Assembly (NCBI RefSeq): GCF_000025125.1
Contig: NC_013771.1
Coordinates: 420,001-452,000, forward strand
DNA length: 32,000 bases
Direction: 5' to 3'
Source: Candidatus Atelocyanobacterium thalassa isolate ALOHA
Lineage (GTDB): Bacteria; Cyanobacteriota; Cyanobacteriia; Cyanobacteriales; Microcystaceae
Part shown: positions 1 to 8,911 of the stretch, one piece after another
How positions within the stretch are numbered: the stretch's first letter is position 1
Layout: every line of letters starts with the position of its first letter
Notes under the pieces: model-generated
What the model saw: the letters and a program-made list of their open reading frames with translations, nothing else
Databases searched by the model: none
What the model was told of the DNA's origin: nothing
Translations under genes and position numbers: made by a program

Positions 1-876
1 ATACTATCTTCTTCTCACTCTGTAGCTAAGGGAATACTTGCAAGTCCACATCAACTACATGTTTGCTATTGTCATACACCAATGCGCTATGCTTGGGATT
101 TAACTTTTGATTATCTCAGAAGTTCAATGATAGGTAGAGGAATTCCTGGAATATTTACGCGTTATTTATTACATCATCTAAGACAGTGGGATGTTATATC
201 TGCTAACCGTGTTGATTTTTTTATAGCTAATTCTCATCATACGGCTGATCGTATATGGCGTTGTTATCGTCGTACAGCTAAAGTTATTTATCCTCCAGTG
301 GATATAGATAGATTTACCTTTAATTCTAGTAAAGATGATTTTTATGTTACTGTTTCTAGGCTAGTTAGTTATAAAAAAATTAGCTTAATCGTACAAGCTT
401 TTAATAAATTAGGATATCCTCTAATTATTATTGGTGATGGACCAGAAATTGCAAAACTTCGTTTAATAGCCAAACCAAACATACAAATTTTAGGAGCACA
501 AAAGGATACAGTAGTAGAAAAGTATGTTGCAAAAGCAAAGGCTTTTATATATGCTGCCTGTGAAGACTTTGGAATTGCCTTAGTAGAAGCTCAAGCTTGT
601 GGAACTCCAGTTATCGCCTATGGAAATGGTGGTGCTTTAGAAACTGTTATTGATGTACAACAAGATGCACAAAATGGAACTGGGATTTTATTTAAACATC
701 AAACTGTTGAATCTCTTATTGATGCAGTTGAAACTTTTCAAGATTTCCAGTATCAAGTGGATCCTAAAAGTTGTCGTCGTCAGGCAGAAAAGTTTTCTCC
801 TGAGATTTTTAAAACATCTTATTTAGCTTTTTTAGAAAAATGCTATAAAAATTTTACTGAAAATTCCTCGTCATAG
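1..876 (+). CDS. Glycosyltransferase family 4 (group 1), C-terminal part; 5' end lies outside the window
   Basis: Frame 1 is open from base 1 (ILSSSHSVAKGILASPHQLHVCYCHTPMRYAWD...), so the 82..876 ORF is only the tail of a longer gene. It has a GT-B C-terminal domain pattern (FYVTVSRLVSYKK, EDFGIALVEAQACGTPVIAYGNGGALETV), the E-x7-E type motif of GT4 enzymes. Confidence 0.8.
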   Translation: MLSSSHSVAKGILASPHQLHVCYCHTPMRYAWDLTFDYLRSSMIGRGIPGIFTRYLLHHLRQWDVISANRVDFFIANSHHTADRIWRCYRRTAKVIYPPVDIDRFTFNSSKDDFYVTVSRLVSYKKISLIVQAFNKLGYPLIIIGDGPEIAKLRLIAKPNIQILGAQKDTVVEKYVAKAKAFIYAACEDFGIALVEAQACGTPVIAYGNGGALETVIDVQQDAQNGTGILFKHQTVESLIDAVETFQDFQYQVDPKSCRRQAEKFSPEIFKTSYLAFLEKCYKNFTENSSS

Positions 877-947
877 ACTTATACTAATGTACATATTTAC
901 CTGATAAGATTCTAAAAAACTAGTATGGTGTAACTTAAAGGAGTGAA

Positions 948-1682
948 ATGACTGTTAACAACCAATTGACTTCTATTAAAGTATTGCAAGTTTTAACAAA
1001 AAACAAATTAATTCCTTCAATTTTTCAAAAAATTCATTTTAAATCTAGATCACAAAATATATTAAGCAATCAATTTATAAAGAGAGCTTTTGATGTATTG
1101 TTTTCTTTATCTGTATTGATTGTCTTTTTGCCTCTCTATTTGTTATTAAGTTTTTTGATAGCAATTAGTTCTCCTGGCCCTATTTTTTATTTTCAAGAAA
1201 GAGCTGGAAAGAATTTTAAGAAATTTAAATGCATTAAGTTTAGAACCATGGTTCAGAATGCAGATGAAGTATTAGAATCAATAATGGCAAGTTCTCCACA
1301 AATCAAAGCTGAATTTGAAAATAATTTTAAGTTAAGAGAAGATCCTCGAATTACTTGGATTGGGAAATTTCTTCGTTTAACTAGTCTGGATGAATTTCCT
1401 CAGTTTTGGAATGTTCTAAAAGGAGATATGAGTGTTGTTGGGCCTAGGCCTTTAGTTACTGAAGAGCTTTGTAAATACGGAGATAAGATAGGCAAGGTTT
1501 TAACTATTCGTCCGGGTATTACTGGTTTGTGGCAAGTTTCAGGGCGTAATGATATCCCTTATCCTCAAAGAGTACAAATTGATGTTTATTATGTGAATTA
1601 TTATAATTGGATGATAGATATATGGATAATCTTTAAAACTATTGGAATAATTATTTTTCCGAAGAATAATGGTGCTTACTAA
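948..1682 (+). CDS. Polyprenyl-phosphate sugar phosphotransferase (bacterial sugar transferase, WbaP/EpsL-like)
   Basis: KRAFDVLFSLSVLIVFLPLYLL TM anchor followed by PGPIFYFQERAGKNFKKFKCIKFRTM and DEFPQFWNVLKGDMSVVGPRP, GLWQVSGRN. These are hallmark motifs of the family. SD AAGGAG lies 5 nt upstream of the ATG. Confidence 0.85.
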   Translation: MTVNNQLTSIKVLQVLTKNKLIPSIFQKIHFKSRSQNILSNQFIKRAFDVLFSLSVLIVFLPLYLLLSFLIAISSPGPIFYFQERAGKNFKKFKCIKFRTMVQNADEVLESIMASSPQIKAEFENNFKLREDPRITWIGKFLRLTSLDEFPQFWNVLKGDMSVVGPRPLVTEELCKYGDKIGKVLTIRPGITGLWQVSGRNDIPYPQRVQIDVYYVNYYNWMIDIWIIFKTIGIIIFPKNNGAY

Positions 1683-1700
1683 ATTAAAGATTAATTATAT

Positions 1701-1744
1701 AAAAACTACCATAATTAAGAGTTAAATTATGGTAGTTTTTATTT
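1701..1744. terminator. Bidirectional intrinsic terminator between convergent genes
   Basis: Perfect 16-bp stem: aaaaactaccataatt (1701-1716) pairs with aattatggtagttttt (1725-1740), 8-nt loop. There is an A-tract on one side and a T-tract on the other. It sits between the 3' ends of the 948..1682(+) and 1795..2166(-) genes. Confidence 0.6.
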
Positions 1745-1794
1745 ACTATGGATTAAAAAATTATTACTGATTTGTAAGATATTTCTTAATGTCG

Positions 1795-2166
1795 TTATGC
1801 AATATCGCAAGTTAAAGGACAAGATGCATAAACAGAAGTATTTATATGAGTTCCTTTACCATTTAACCATCTTAGCCAATGTACTTCTTGAGGATGTATA
1901 CCTTTAATTGTTAATATGGCTGCACTTGTGAAAATTATTAGTAAATTAAGACTAAGTAGAGTTCCTACAACTAATAATACAGAACTCATGGGTAAAAATG
2001 TTTGTAGGATAATGGAAGCTAAAGCGCAAAAAGTTGCCATAAAAATAATTACAGGAAACCCTACAATCAATAAGCACACTATTAAAGAAAAACTCCATAT
2101 TAAAAAACTTTTAATGATTATAAAAGAGTCAAGATTTCTCAAGTCTATCTTTTGTATAAGATTCAT
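1795..2166 (-). CDS. Hypothetical small membrane protein (about 3 TM helices)
   Basis: Strong SD (TAAGGAGGAG) ends 6 nt upstream of the ATG at 2166. There are three long hydrophobic segments. No family recognised. The overlapping + strand ORF 1916..2212 has no RBS and is judged spurious. Confidence 0.6.
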   Translation of the reverse strand: MNLIQKIDLRNLDSFIIIKSFLIWSFSLIVCLLIVGFPVIIFMATFCALASIILQTFLPMSSVLLVVGTLLSLNLLIIFTSAAILTIKGIHPQEVHWLRWLNGKGTHINTSVYASCPLTCDIA

Positions 2167-2570
2167 ATATTACTCCTCCTTAAGAAACGTAAGCTTCAAC
2201 AGCGTTGATTGAAATAAGTATAAGTATCACAATGAATTGATTGTAATTTCTGACATAAAAATTAACATACAAAGCTAGCTTTCATTGCTTATATATGTTA
2301 TCCAAATAGAGATAATTTAGCTTAAGGTCTATTTCAGTTAATAAAGTTATTATTTATATTTTCTCTATGTAGAGTCAAACGTCACATAGCATTTATTTTG
2401 TACTTTAAATAATGTTTCTATTGCTTTAAAATGAAAAGAAGTAACTATTTTTAATAATGTAATTATTAAAAATAGAAGTTCAAGGAAATAAAAACCACAT
2501 CATATAGTTTTGATCTTCTCGAACCTCATGTTAAACATAAACAACAGCTTCTTTTCAATAAAACTGTCTT

Positions 2571-3656
2571 ATGAATGATGATTACTCATTATCAAGCTAT
2601 AACTATTACTTACCTTCAGATTTAATTGCTCAGAGTCCTTTGGTTCCTAGAGATTCTTCGCGGCTATTAGTGATAAATTCTCTCGATACTCATATTCATA
2701 GTTTTTTTCATGAATTACCTAAGTGGCTATTACCTGGAGATTTGTTAGTGTTTAATAATACACAAGTTATTCCAGCAAGGCTCTACGGACAAAAAACTAC
2801 TGGAGCTAAGGTTGAGGTTTTATTACTAGAGGAAAAAGAACCTTTCTCCTGGCTTGCGCTAGTTAAACCAGGAAAAAGATTTAAAATTGGTAGTGAAATT
2901 TTATTTAAAGAAAAATTAGATGATCTCAACCAAGATTTTTTAATAAAGGCAACAGTAGTAGATCAAGATGAAGAAACAGGAGGAAGAATACTAAAGTTTG
3001 ACGTGAGCTCTAGAAAAATTTTTTGGGAAGCTTTAGAAAGAATTGGGCATCTTCCTTTGCCGCCTTATATTTCTAATTGCAATGCTCATTCATCTCAGTA
3101 TCAAACAATTTATGCACAAAAGCCTGGAGCAGTAGCTGCTCCGACAGCAGGATTGCACTTTACTCAAGAGTTATTACAAAAGTTACAGAAGAAAGGAATT
3201 GAGCAAGCTTATATTACTTTACATGTAGGACTAGGAACATTCCGCCCAGTTAGTACAGATGATATAAAGCAACATACAATGCATCAAGAATGGGTAGAAG
3301 TGCCAAGTGAAACAATCCAGAAAATTCATAAAACTAAGATTAACGGAGGAAGAGTAATAGCAGTAGGGACTACTGTGGTAAGAGCTTTAGAGGGAATGGC
3401 GAATGAAACTTCAATGGATACAGAATATGGCGTAAAGTCTTTTTCAGGTAAAACTGATATTTTTATTTATCCAGGATATAGTTGGCGCTTGATTGATGGA
3501 ATGATTACAAACTTTCATCTTCCTAAATCTAGTTTACTAATGCTTGTTAGTGCTCTAATAGGGAGAAAAAGATTATTAGAATTGTATAAGATAGCTATTG
3601 AACAAAAATACCGTTTTTATTCTTTTGGAGATGGGATGTTGGTTCTACTATCTTGA
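2571..3656 (+). CDS. queA: S-adenosylmethionine:tRNA ribosyltransferase-isomerase
   Basis: N-terminus YNYYLPSDLIAQSPLVPRDSSRLLV, then PLPPYI, AAPTAGLHFT, HVGLGTFRPV, AVGTTVVRALE, ITNFHLPKSSLLMLVSA. The protein is full-length and collinear with QueA. Confidence 0.93.
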   Translation: MNDDYSLSSYNYYLPSDLIAQSPLVPRDSSRLLVINSLDTHIHSFFHELPKWLLPGDLLVFNNTQVIPARLYGQKTTGAKVEVLLLEEKEPFSWLALVKPGKRFKIGSEILFKEKLDDLNQDFLIKATVVDQDEETGGRILKFDVSSRKIFWEALERIGHLPLPPYISNCNAHSSQYQTIYAQKPGAVAAPTAGLHFTQELLQKLQKKGIEQAYITLHVGLGTFRPVSTDDIKQHTMHQEWVEVPSETIQKIHKTKINGGRVIAVGTTVVRALEGMANETSMDTEYGVKSFSGKTDIFIYPGYSWRLIDGMITNFHLPKSSLLMLVSALIGRKRLLELYKIAIEQKYRFYSFGDGMLVLLS

Positions 3657-3684
3657 AAAACTATAAGAAATAAAAATAAAGATT

Positions 3685-6540
3685 ATGGCTGATTTAGATA
3701 ACATTCGTATTCGTGGCGCTAGACAACATAACTTAAAAAATATCAATCTTGAACTTCCACGTAATAAATTAATTGTTTTTACTGGAGTATCAGGTTCAGG
3801 AAAATCTTCTCTAGCATTTGATACTATTTTTGCTGAGGGACAAAGACGTTATGTAGAGTCTTTAAGTACTTATGCTAGGCAATTTTTGGGTCAATTAGAT
3901 AAACCAGAAGTTGATACAATTGAAGGACTGAGTCCTGCTATCTCTATTGATCAAAAATCGACTTCTCATAATCCTCGCTCAACTGTAGGTACAGTAACAG
4001 AGATTTATGATTATTTGAGACTATTGTTTGGTCGAGCTGGTACACCATACTGTCCTATATGTGGTCATAGCATTTCTCCTCAAACTATCGACCAGATGTG
4101 CGATCGCATAATGGAATTACCAGAAAATACAAGGTTTCAGATTTTATCACCTGTAGCAAGGAGAAAAAAAGGAACTCATAAACAGTTATTATCTAACCTA
4201 GCCTCTCAAGGATTCGTAAGAGTAAGAGTTAATGGAGAAATCAAAGAAATTACAGATAATATTCAACTCAATAAAAATCAATACCATAACATTGAAATTG
4301 TTGTTGATCGTCTAATTAAAAAGGAAGGTATAGAAGAAAGATTAACTGATTCTTTGAGGACTTGCTTGTTTAACTCTGAAGGATTAGCATTAATCACTAT
4401 TAATACAGAAAAAGTTATACAAGAAGAAAAAATAGCTATCAAATTGCCCTCTGAATTAATGTTTTCTGAAAACTTCTCTTGTCCTAAACATGGGACAGTA
4501 ATGGAAGAACTATCTCCTCGATTATTTTCTTTCAATTCCCCTTATGGTGCTTGTCCTGATTGTCATGGCCTAGGAAGTTTACGTAAATTCTCTCCAGAAT
4601 TAATTATTCCTAATCCTTATTCTCCACTATATGCAGCTATTGCTCCTTGGTCAGAAAAAAACAATTCTTATTATTTATCTCTACTTTATAGTATTGGTAA
4701 AAGTTGCGGCTTTGATATTCAGACTCCTTGGAATGAATTAACTAAGGAACAACAAGATTTTGTGTTATACGGTAGTGATGAGCCTATATGGCTTGAAGAA
4801 GATTCTCGATTTAATAACCGTAAAGGATACTACTATAATTTTAAAGGAGTTTTAGCAATTTTAGAACGTAATTATAGCGAAATTAGTTCTGAAAATATGA
4901 AACAAAAAATGGAAAAGTATATTATTGAACAAACTTGTAAATCTTGCTCAGGTAAACGGTTAAAACCAGAAGTACTATCTGTTAAATTGGGACAATACAA
5001 TATTAATGAATTAACCAGTGTTTCTATTGATAAATGTTTGAAAAAAATCGAACAATTAGAGCTAACCCAAAAACAGAAGATAATTGGTGAGATAGCGTTG
5101 AAAGAAATTAAAAATCGATTACAGTTTCTTTTAGATGTTGGCTTAAATTATTTAACTTTAGATAGAGGAACAGCTACCTTATCGGGAGGAGAAGCACAAA
5201 GAATTCGTTTAGCGACACAAATTGGTTCAGGATTAACAGGGGTTTTGTATGTATTAGATGAACCAAGTATCGGATTACATCAACGAGATAATGAACGTCT
5301 TTTAAAAACTTTACAGAACCTCAGGGATTTAGGAAATACTCTAATAGTTGTTGAACATGACGAAGAAACTATTAGAATAGCTGATCATATAGTTGACATA
5401 GGTCCTCTAGCAGGAATACATGGAGGAATAATAACTTCTCAAGGAAACCTAGAAGCATTGCTAAATTCAAAAAACTCTCTTACGGCAGACTACTTGTCTG
5501 GCAGGAGAATAATTAAAAAACGAGAAAAAAGACGCTCAGGTAATGGAGCTATCTTACAGTTGAAAAACTGTCATGCTAACAATTTGAAAAATCTCAATGT
5601 ATCAATTCCATTAGGTAAATTAGTTACTATTACAGGAGTGTCTGGTTCGGGAAAATCTACTCTAATTAAAAGACTTTTATATCCTGCATTACAAAATCAT
5701 TTAACTAAAAAAATTCCTTTTCCAAAATATCTTTCTGAAGTTAAAGGTCTTGAACTGATTGACAAAGTAATTATTATAGATCAATCTCCTATTGGTCGAA
5801 CTCCTCGTTCAAATCCTGTTACCTATACTGGTATCTTTGATAGTATACGAGAACTTTTTTCTCAAACCATAGAAGCAAAAGCAAGAGGCTATAAACCAGG
5901 ACAGTTCTCTTTTAATGTAAAGGGTGGGAGATGTGAAAATTGTGGAGGACAAGGAGTCAATATGATAGAAATGAATTTTTTACCGGATGTATATGTTCAA
6001 TGTGAAGTTTGCAAAGGAGCAAGATATAATAGAGAGACCCTACAAGTTAAATATAAAGGATATACAATTTCTGATATTTTAAATGTAACTATTGAAGAAG
6101 GATTGCAAATTTTTGAAAACATTCCTAGAGTTATAAATAAATTGCAGACTTTAGTCGATGTAGGATTAGGATATTTAAAACTAGGACAATCAGCGCCAAC
6201 ATTGTCAGGAGGCGAAGCACAACGAGTTAAACTAGCTTCAGAGCTATCTCGTAGGGCGACAGGTAAAACTTTATATCTTATTGATGAACCTACTACTGGT
6301 TTATCTTTCTATGATATTCATCATTTGTTAAATATTCTACAAAGACTAGTTGATAAAGGAAATTCAATTGTAGTTATTGAACATAACTTAGATGTAATCA
6401 AATGTTCAGATTGGATAATTGATCTTGGTCCAGAAGGCGGTGATGAAGGAGGAAATATTATTGCGGCTGGAACTCCAGAAGCAATTGCTCAAAATCTTCA
6501 ATCTTATACAGGAAAATATTTAAAAAATATCTTAGACTAA
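3685..6540 (+). CDS. uvrA: Excinuclease ABC subunit A
   Basis: IRIRGARQHNLKNINLELPRNKLIVFTGVSGSGKSSLAFDTIFAEGQRRYVESLS, two Walker A sites (GVSGSGKS twice), two LSGGEAQR signature motifs, and zinc-finger Cys clusters (CPxCxG, CxxCxGxG, CExCxGxG...CxVCxG). 951 aa, typical UvrA length. Confidence 0.97.
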   Translation: MADLDNIRIRGARQHNLKNINLELPRNKLIVFTGVSGSGKSSLAFDTIFAEGQRRYVESLSTYARQFLGQLDKPEVDTIEGLSPAISIDQKSTSHNPRSTVGTVTEIYDYLRLLFGRAGTPYCPICGHSISPQTIDQMCDRIMELPENTRFQILSPVARRKKGTHKQLLSNLASQGFVRVRVNGEIKEITDNIQLNKNQYHNIEIVVDRLIKKEGIEERLTDSLRTCLFNSEGLALITINTEKVIQEEKIAIKLPSELMFSENFSCPKHGTVMEELSPRLFSFNSPYGACPDCHGLGSLRKFSPELIIPNPYSPLYAAIAPWSEKNNSYYLSLLYSIGKSCGFDIQTPWNELTKEQQDFVLYGSDEPIWLEEDSRFNNRKGYYYNFKGVLAILERNYSEISSENMKQKMEKYIIEQTCKSCSGKRLKPEVLSVKLGQYNINELTSVSIDKCLKKIEQLELTQKQKIIGEIALKEIKNRLQFLLDVGLNYLTLDRGTATLSGGEAQRIRLATQIGSGLTGVLYVLDEPSIGLHQRDNERLLKTLQNLRDLGNTLIVVEHDEETIRIADHIVDIGPLAGIHGGIITSQGNLEALLNSKNSLTADYLSGRRIIKKREKRRSGNGAILQLKNCHANNLKNLNVSIPLGKLVTITGVSGSGKSTLIKRLLYPALQNHLTKKIPFPKYLSEVKGLELIDKVIIIDQSPIGRTPRSNPVTYTGIFDSIRELFSQTIEAKARGYKPGQFSFNVKGGRCENCGGQGVNMIEMNFLPDVYVQCEVCKGARYNRETLQVKYKGYTISDILNVTIEEGLQIFENIPRVINKLQTLVDVGLGYLKLGQSAPTLSGGEAQRVKLASELSRRATGKTLYLIDEPTTGLSFYDIHHLLNILQRLVDKGNSIVVIEHNLDVIKCSDWIIDLGPEGGDEGGNIIAAGTPEAIAQNLQSYTGKYLKNILD
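4100..4107. repeat. Single HIP1 octamer (GCGATCGC) inside uvrA
   Basis: Exact GCGATCGC at 4100-4107. It is the only copy I could find in the window. At about 30% GC I estimate roughly 0.05 chance copies per 32 kb. Confidence 0.4.
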
Positions 6541-6750
6541 AATTTAGTTTTGAAAGAAGGTTTTATGAAAAAGCTTTCATGTTATTAGTATAAATTTATT
6601 ATTTTATCAAAAATTAAATACGTAAAAACATGAATATTCAGTATAAATATTTCTAACAAAACAAGTCTTTAAATAAATTATTTTTAACAAAGAAATATAA
6701 GTTAAGAAATTTATAAATTGAACCCTAATAAATTATTTATATATTACGGC

Positions 6751-7446
6751 ATGTCTACTCAAAAATTTTCTAAGCTTATTGTAGCTATTGATGGCCCAGC
6801 AGGGGCTGGTAAATCAACTGTGACTAAAAAGGTAGCTAAAGCACTTCACTTAACTTATTTGGATACAGGAGCAATGTATCGAGCAATTACCTGGTTGGTC
6901 TTAAAATCAAGAATTGCACTAGAAGATGAAAAAGCAATAGCAGAGTTAATTAAAACAGTAACTTTGTGTTTGATAGATGATTTTAAACAAGAAACATCTC
7001 AAATTTTGATTAATGGAGAGAATGTAACTAAAAATATAAGAACATTAGAAGTAACTCAATCAGTTTCTCTAATTTCAGCTCAAGTTGCAGTAAGAAATAA
7101 ATTAGTAAGACATCAGAGAGAGATAGGTTGTTCCAGGGGTGTTGTTGCTGAGGGAAGGGATATTGGCACTAATGTTTTCCCAGACGCAGATATTAAAATA
7201 TTTCTTACTGCATCTGTAGAAGAAAGAGCAAAACGTAGATTGATAGACTATGAATCTCAAAAATTAGAAAATATTAGTATACACGAACTAAAAAAAGATA
7301 TTAAAGCAAGAGATTATCAAGATAGTTATCGAAAAATCGCACCTCTCTGTAAAGCTACTGATGCTATTGAATTAAATACAGATGGGCTCACAGTTGAAGA
7401 AGTAACTTCTCAAATAATTCTCATATGTAAAAGCTATGTTGAATAA
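6751..7446 (+). CDS. cmk: Cytidylate kinase (stand-alone, no PanC domain)
   Basis: MSTQKFSKLIVAIDGPAGAGKSTVTKKVAKALHLTYLDTGAMYRA (P-loop plus the CMP-kinase motif), then AEGRDIGTNVFPDADIKIFLTAS.EERAKRR. I prefer the ATG at 6751 over the TTG at 6718 used by the ORF track. An in-frame stop lies at 6703. Confidence 0.9.
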   Translation: MSTQKFSKLIVAIDGPAGAGKSTVTKKVAKALHLTYLDTGAMYRAITWLVLKSRIALEDEKAIAELIKTVTLCLIDDFKQETSQILINGENVTKNIRTLEVTQSVSLISAQVAVRNKLVRHQREIGCSRGVVAEGRDIGTNVFPDADIKIFLTASVEERAKRRLIDYESQKLENISIHELKKDIKARDYQDSYRKIAPLCKATDAIELNTDGLTVEEVTSQIILICKSYVE

Positions 7447-7498
7447 CAAGTTGTGTTTTGGCTAAATATTTTAATTTAGTAATTAAATATGTAATGCA

Positions 7499-7549
7499 AT
7501 AACTAGAAATTTAAGATGTTAATATTAATTAACCTAAATTTCTAGTTAT
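7499..7549. terminator. Bidirectional hairpin between convergent cmk and fba
   Basis: Perfect 15-bp stem: ataactagaaattta (7499-7513) pairs with taaatttctagttat (7535-7549). The 21-nt loop can itself pair (gttaa/ttaac). Confidence 0.55.
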
Positions 7550-7578
7550 AAAATGTAATTGCAATCGTTATATTGCAA

Positions 7579-8646
7579 TCAACCTTTTTTACTTGTTGTT
7601 AGCTCATTTCTAGAATATTTTGCGGCATAATCTTCAAGACTCATCTGTTTAATTTTGCTAGCATTACCTGCAGCCCAAAACTTTTGATAACGATCAACAC
7701 AGACTGTTTTCATATAGCCGATAGATGGTTTCATAAAATGGCGTGGATCAAAGTTACTAGGATCTTTTGCAAAGCACTCACGAATAGCCGCTGTAATAGC
7801 TAAACGATTGTCAGTATCAATATTGATTTTACGAACCCCGCTCTTTATGCCTTTTTGAATCTCTTCAATAGGTACACCATATGTTTCAGATATCTTCCCA
7901 CCATATTGATTAATTATATTTAACCATTCTTGAGGTACAGAAGAAGAGCCATGCATGACTAAGTGAGTATTAGGAAGACGTTTATGTATTTCTTCAATAA
8001 GACTAATAGCCAATACTTCTCCAGTAGGCTTACGGGTAAATTTGTAAGCGCCATGACTAGTACCAATAGCTACAGCTAAGGCATCAACTTCAGTATTCTC
8101 AACAAAATCTACTGCTTCATCCGGATCAGTAAGAAGTTGCTCTTTACTTAAAGTTCCTTCAAATCCATGCCCATCTTCTTTTTCTCCTTGACCAGTCTCA
8201 AGCGAACCTAAACACCCAAGTTCGCCCTCCACACTAGAGCCTACAGCATGAGCTACTTTAACTACTTCAGAAGTAACACGAACGTTATAGTCAAAGCTAG
8301 CAGGAGTTTTACCGTCTGCCTCTAATGAGCCGTCCATCATTACACTAGTAAATCCGTTACGAATTGCACTATAACAAGTAGCAGGACTATTCCCATGATC
8401 CTGATGCATAGCAATAGGAATATGAGGATAACTTTCAACTGCCGCAAGAATTAAATGACGAAGAAAGTTTTCTCCTGCATACTTCCGGGCACCACGAGAG
8501 GCTTGTAAAATTGCAGGACTGTTTGTTTCGTCTGCTGCCTGCATGATTGCTAATATCTGTTCCATATTGTTGACATTGAATGCAGGAATACCATAATTGT
8601 TTTCTGCTGCATGATCTAAAAGTAGCCGCATAGGTACAAGCGCCAT
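7579..8646 (-). CDS. fba: Fructose-1,6-bisphosphate aldolase, class II
   Basis: [72 protein letters not shown]. The match to class II FBA (cyanobacterial CbbA type) is full length. Strong SD AGGAGGG precedes the ATG. Confidence 0.95.
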   Translation of the reverse strand: MALVPMRLLLDHAAENNYGIPAFNVNNMEQILAIMQAADETNSPAILQASRGARKYAGENFLRHLILAAVESYPHIPIAMHQDHGNSPATCYSAIRNGFTSVMMDGSLEADGKTPASFDYNVRVTSEVVKVAHAVGSSVEGELGCLGSLETGQGEKEDGHGFEGTLSKEQLLTDPDEAVDFVENTEVDALAVAIGTSHGAYKFTRKPTGEVLAISLIEEIHKRLPNTHLVMHGSSSVPQEWLNIINQYGGKISETYGVPIEEIQKGIKSGVRKINIDTDNRLAITAAIRECFAKDPSNFDPRHFMKPSIGYMKTVCVDRYQKFWAAGNASKIKQMSLEDYAAKYSRNELTTSKKG

Positions 8647-8911
8647 AGATGCCCTCCTAGTTTTTTATAATTTTTATGAGTGGTTCACTAAGAAAATTAA
8701 TTCCCTTATTCGTTAATCTTAAGCTAGATTTCACTCTTTTGACGAATCCTTTATTTTATTTCTCTTTCTATATGTCGTTATGTAAATAGAGAATTTTATT
8801 CATAAAGTAGATAAATAAATGTTTGTGTCCCATATGTACTATGAGATACATGTTTTTTATAAATAAGATTTTTACTAATTTTTTAAAATATTGAAGTTTT
8901 TTAAGTACCGA

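Noticed and set aside
1916-2212. 98-aa + strand ORF
   Set aside because: It is antisense to, and almost fully overlaps, the 1795..2166(-) gene, which has a strong SD. This ORF has no RBS and a Lys/Ile-rich composition typical of AT-rich antisense frames.
2167-2570. A preQ1 riboswitch upstream of queA, a cobalamin riboswitch upstream of the CobT-like gene (10013..10456), and a TPP riboswitch near thiL
   Set aside because: I could not find the conserved GC-containing cores of these riboswitches (for example a B12 box). The spacers are almost pure A/T. A covariance-model scan would be needed to exclude them formally.
4278-4535. 85-aa - strand ORF
   Set aside because: It lies entirely inside the well-supported uvrA gene on the opposite strand, so it is a shadow ORF.
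6718-6750. The TTG-initiated N-terminal extension of cmk, and similar TTG/GTG extensions at 10048, 12543, 19642 and 27290
   Set aside because: In each case a downstream ATG (GTG for hom) gives an N-terminus matching the conserved family start. In most cases (ppa, hom, Tab2) it also has a better SD. The extensions add non-conserved residues.
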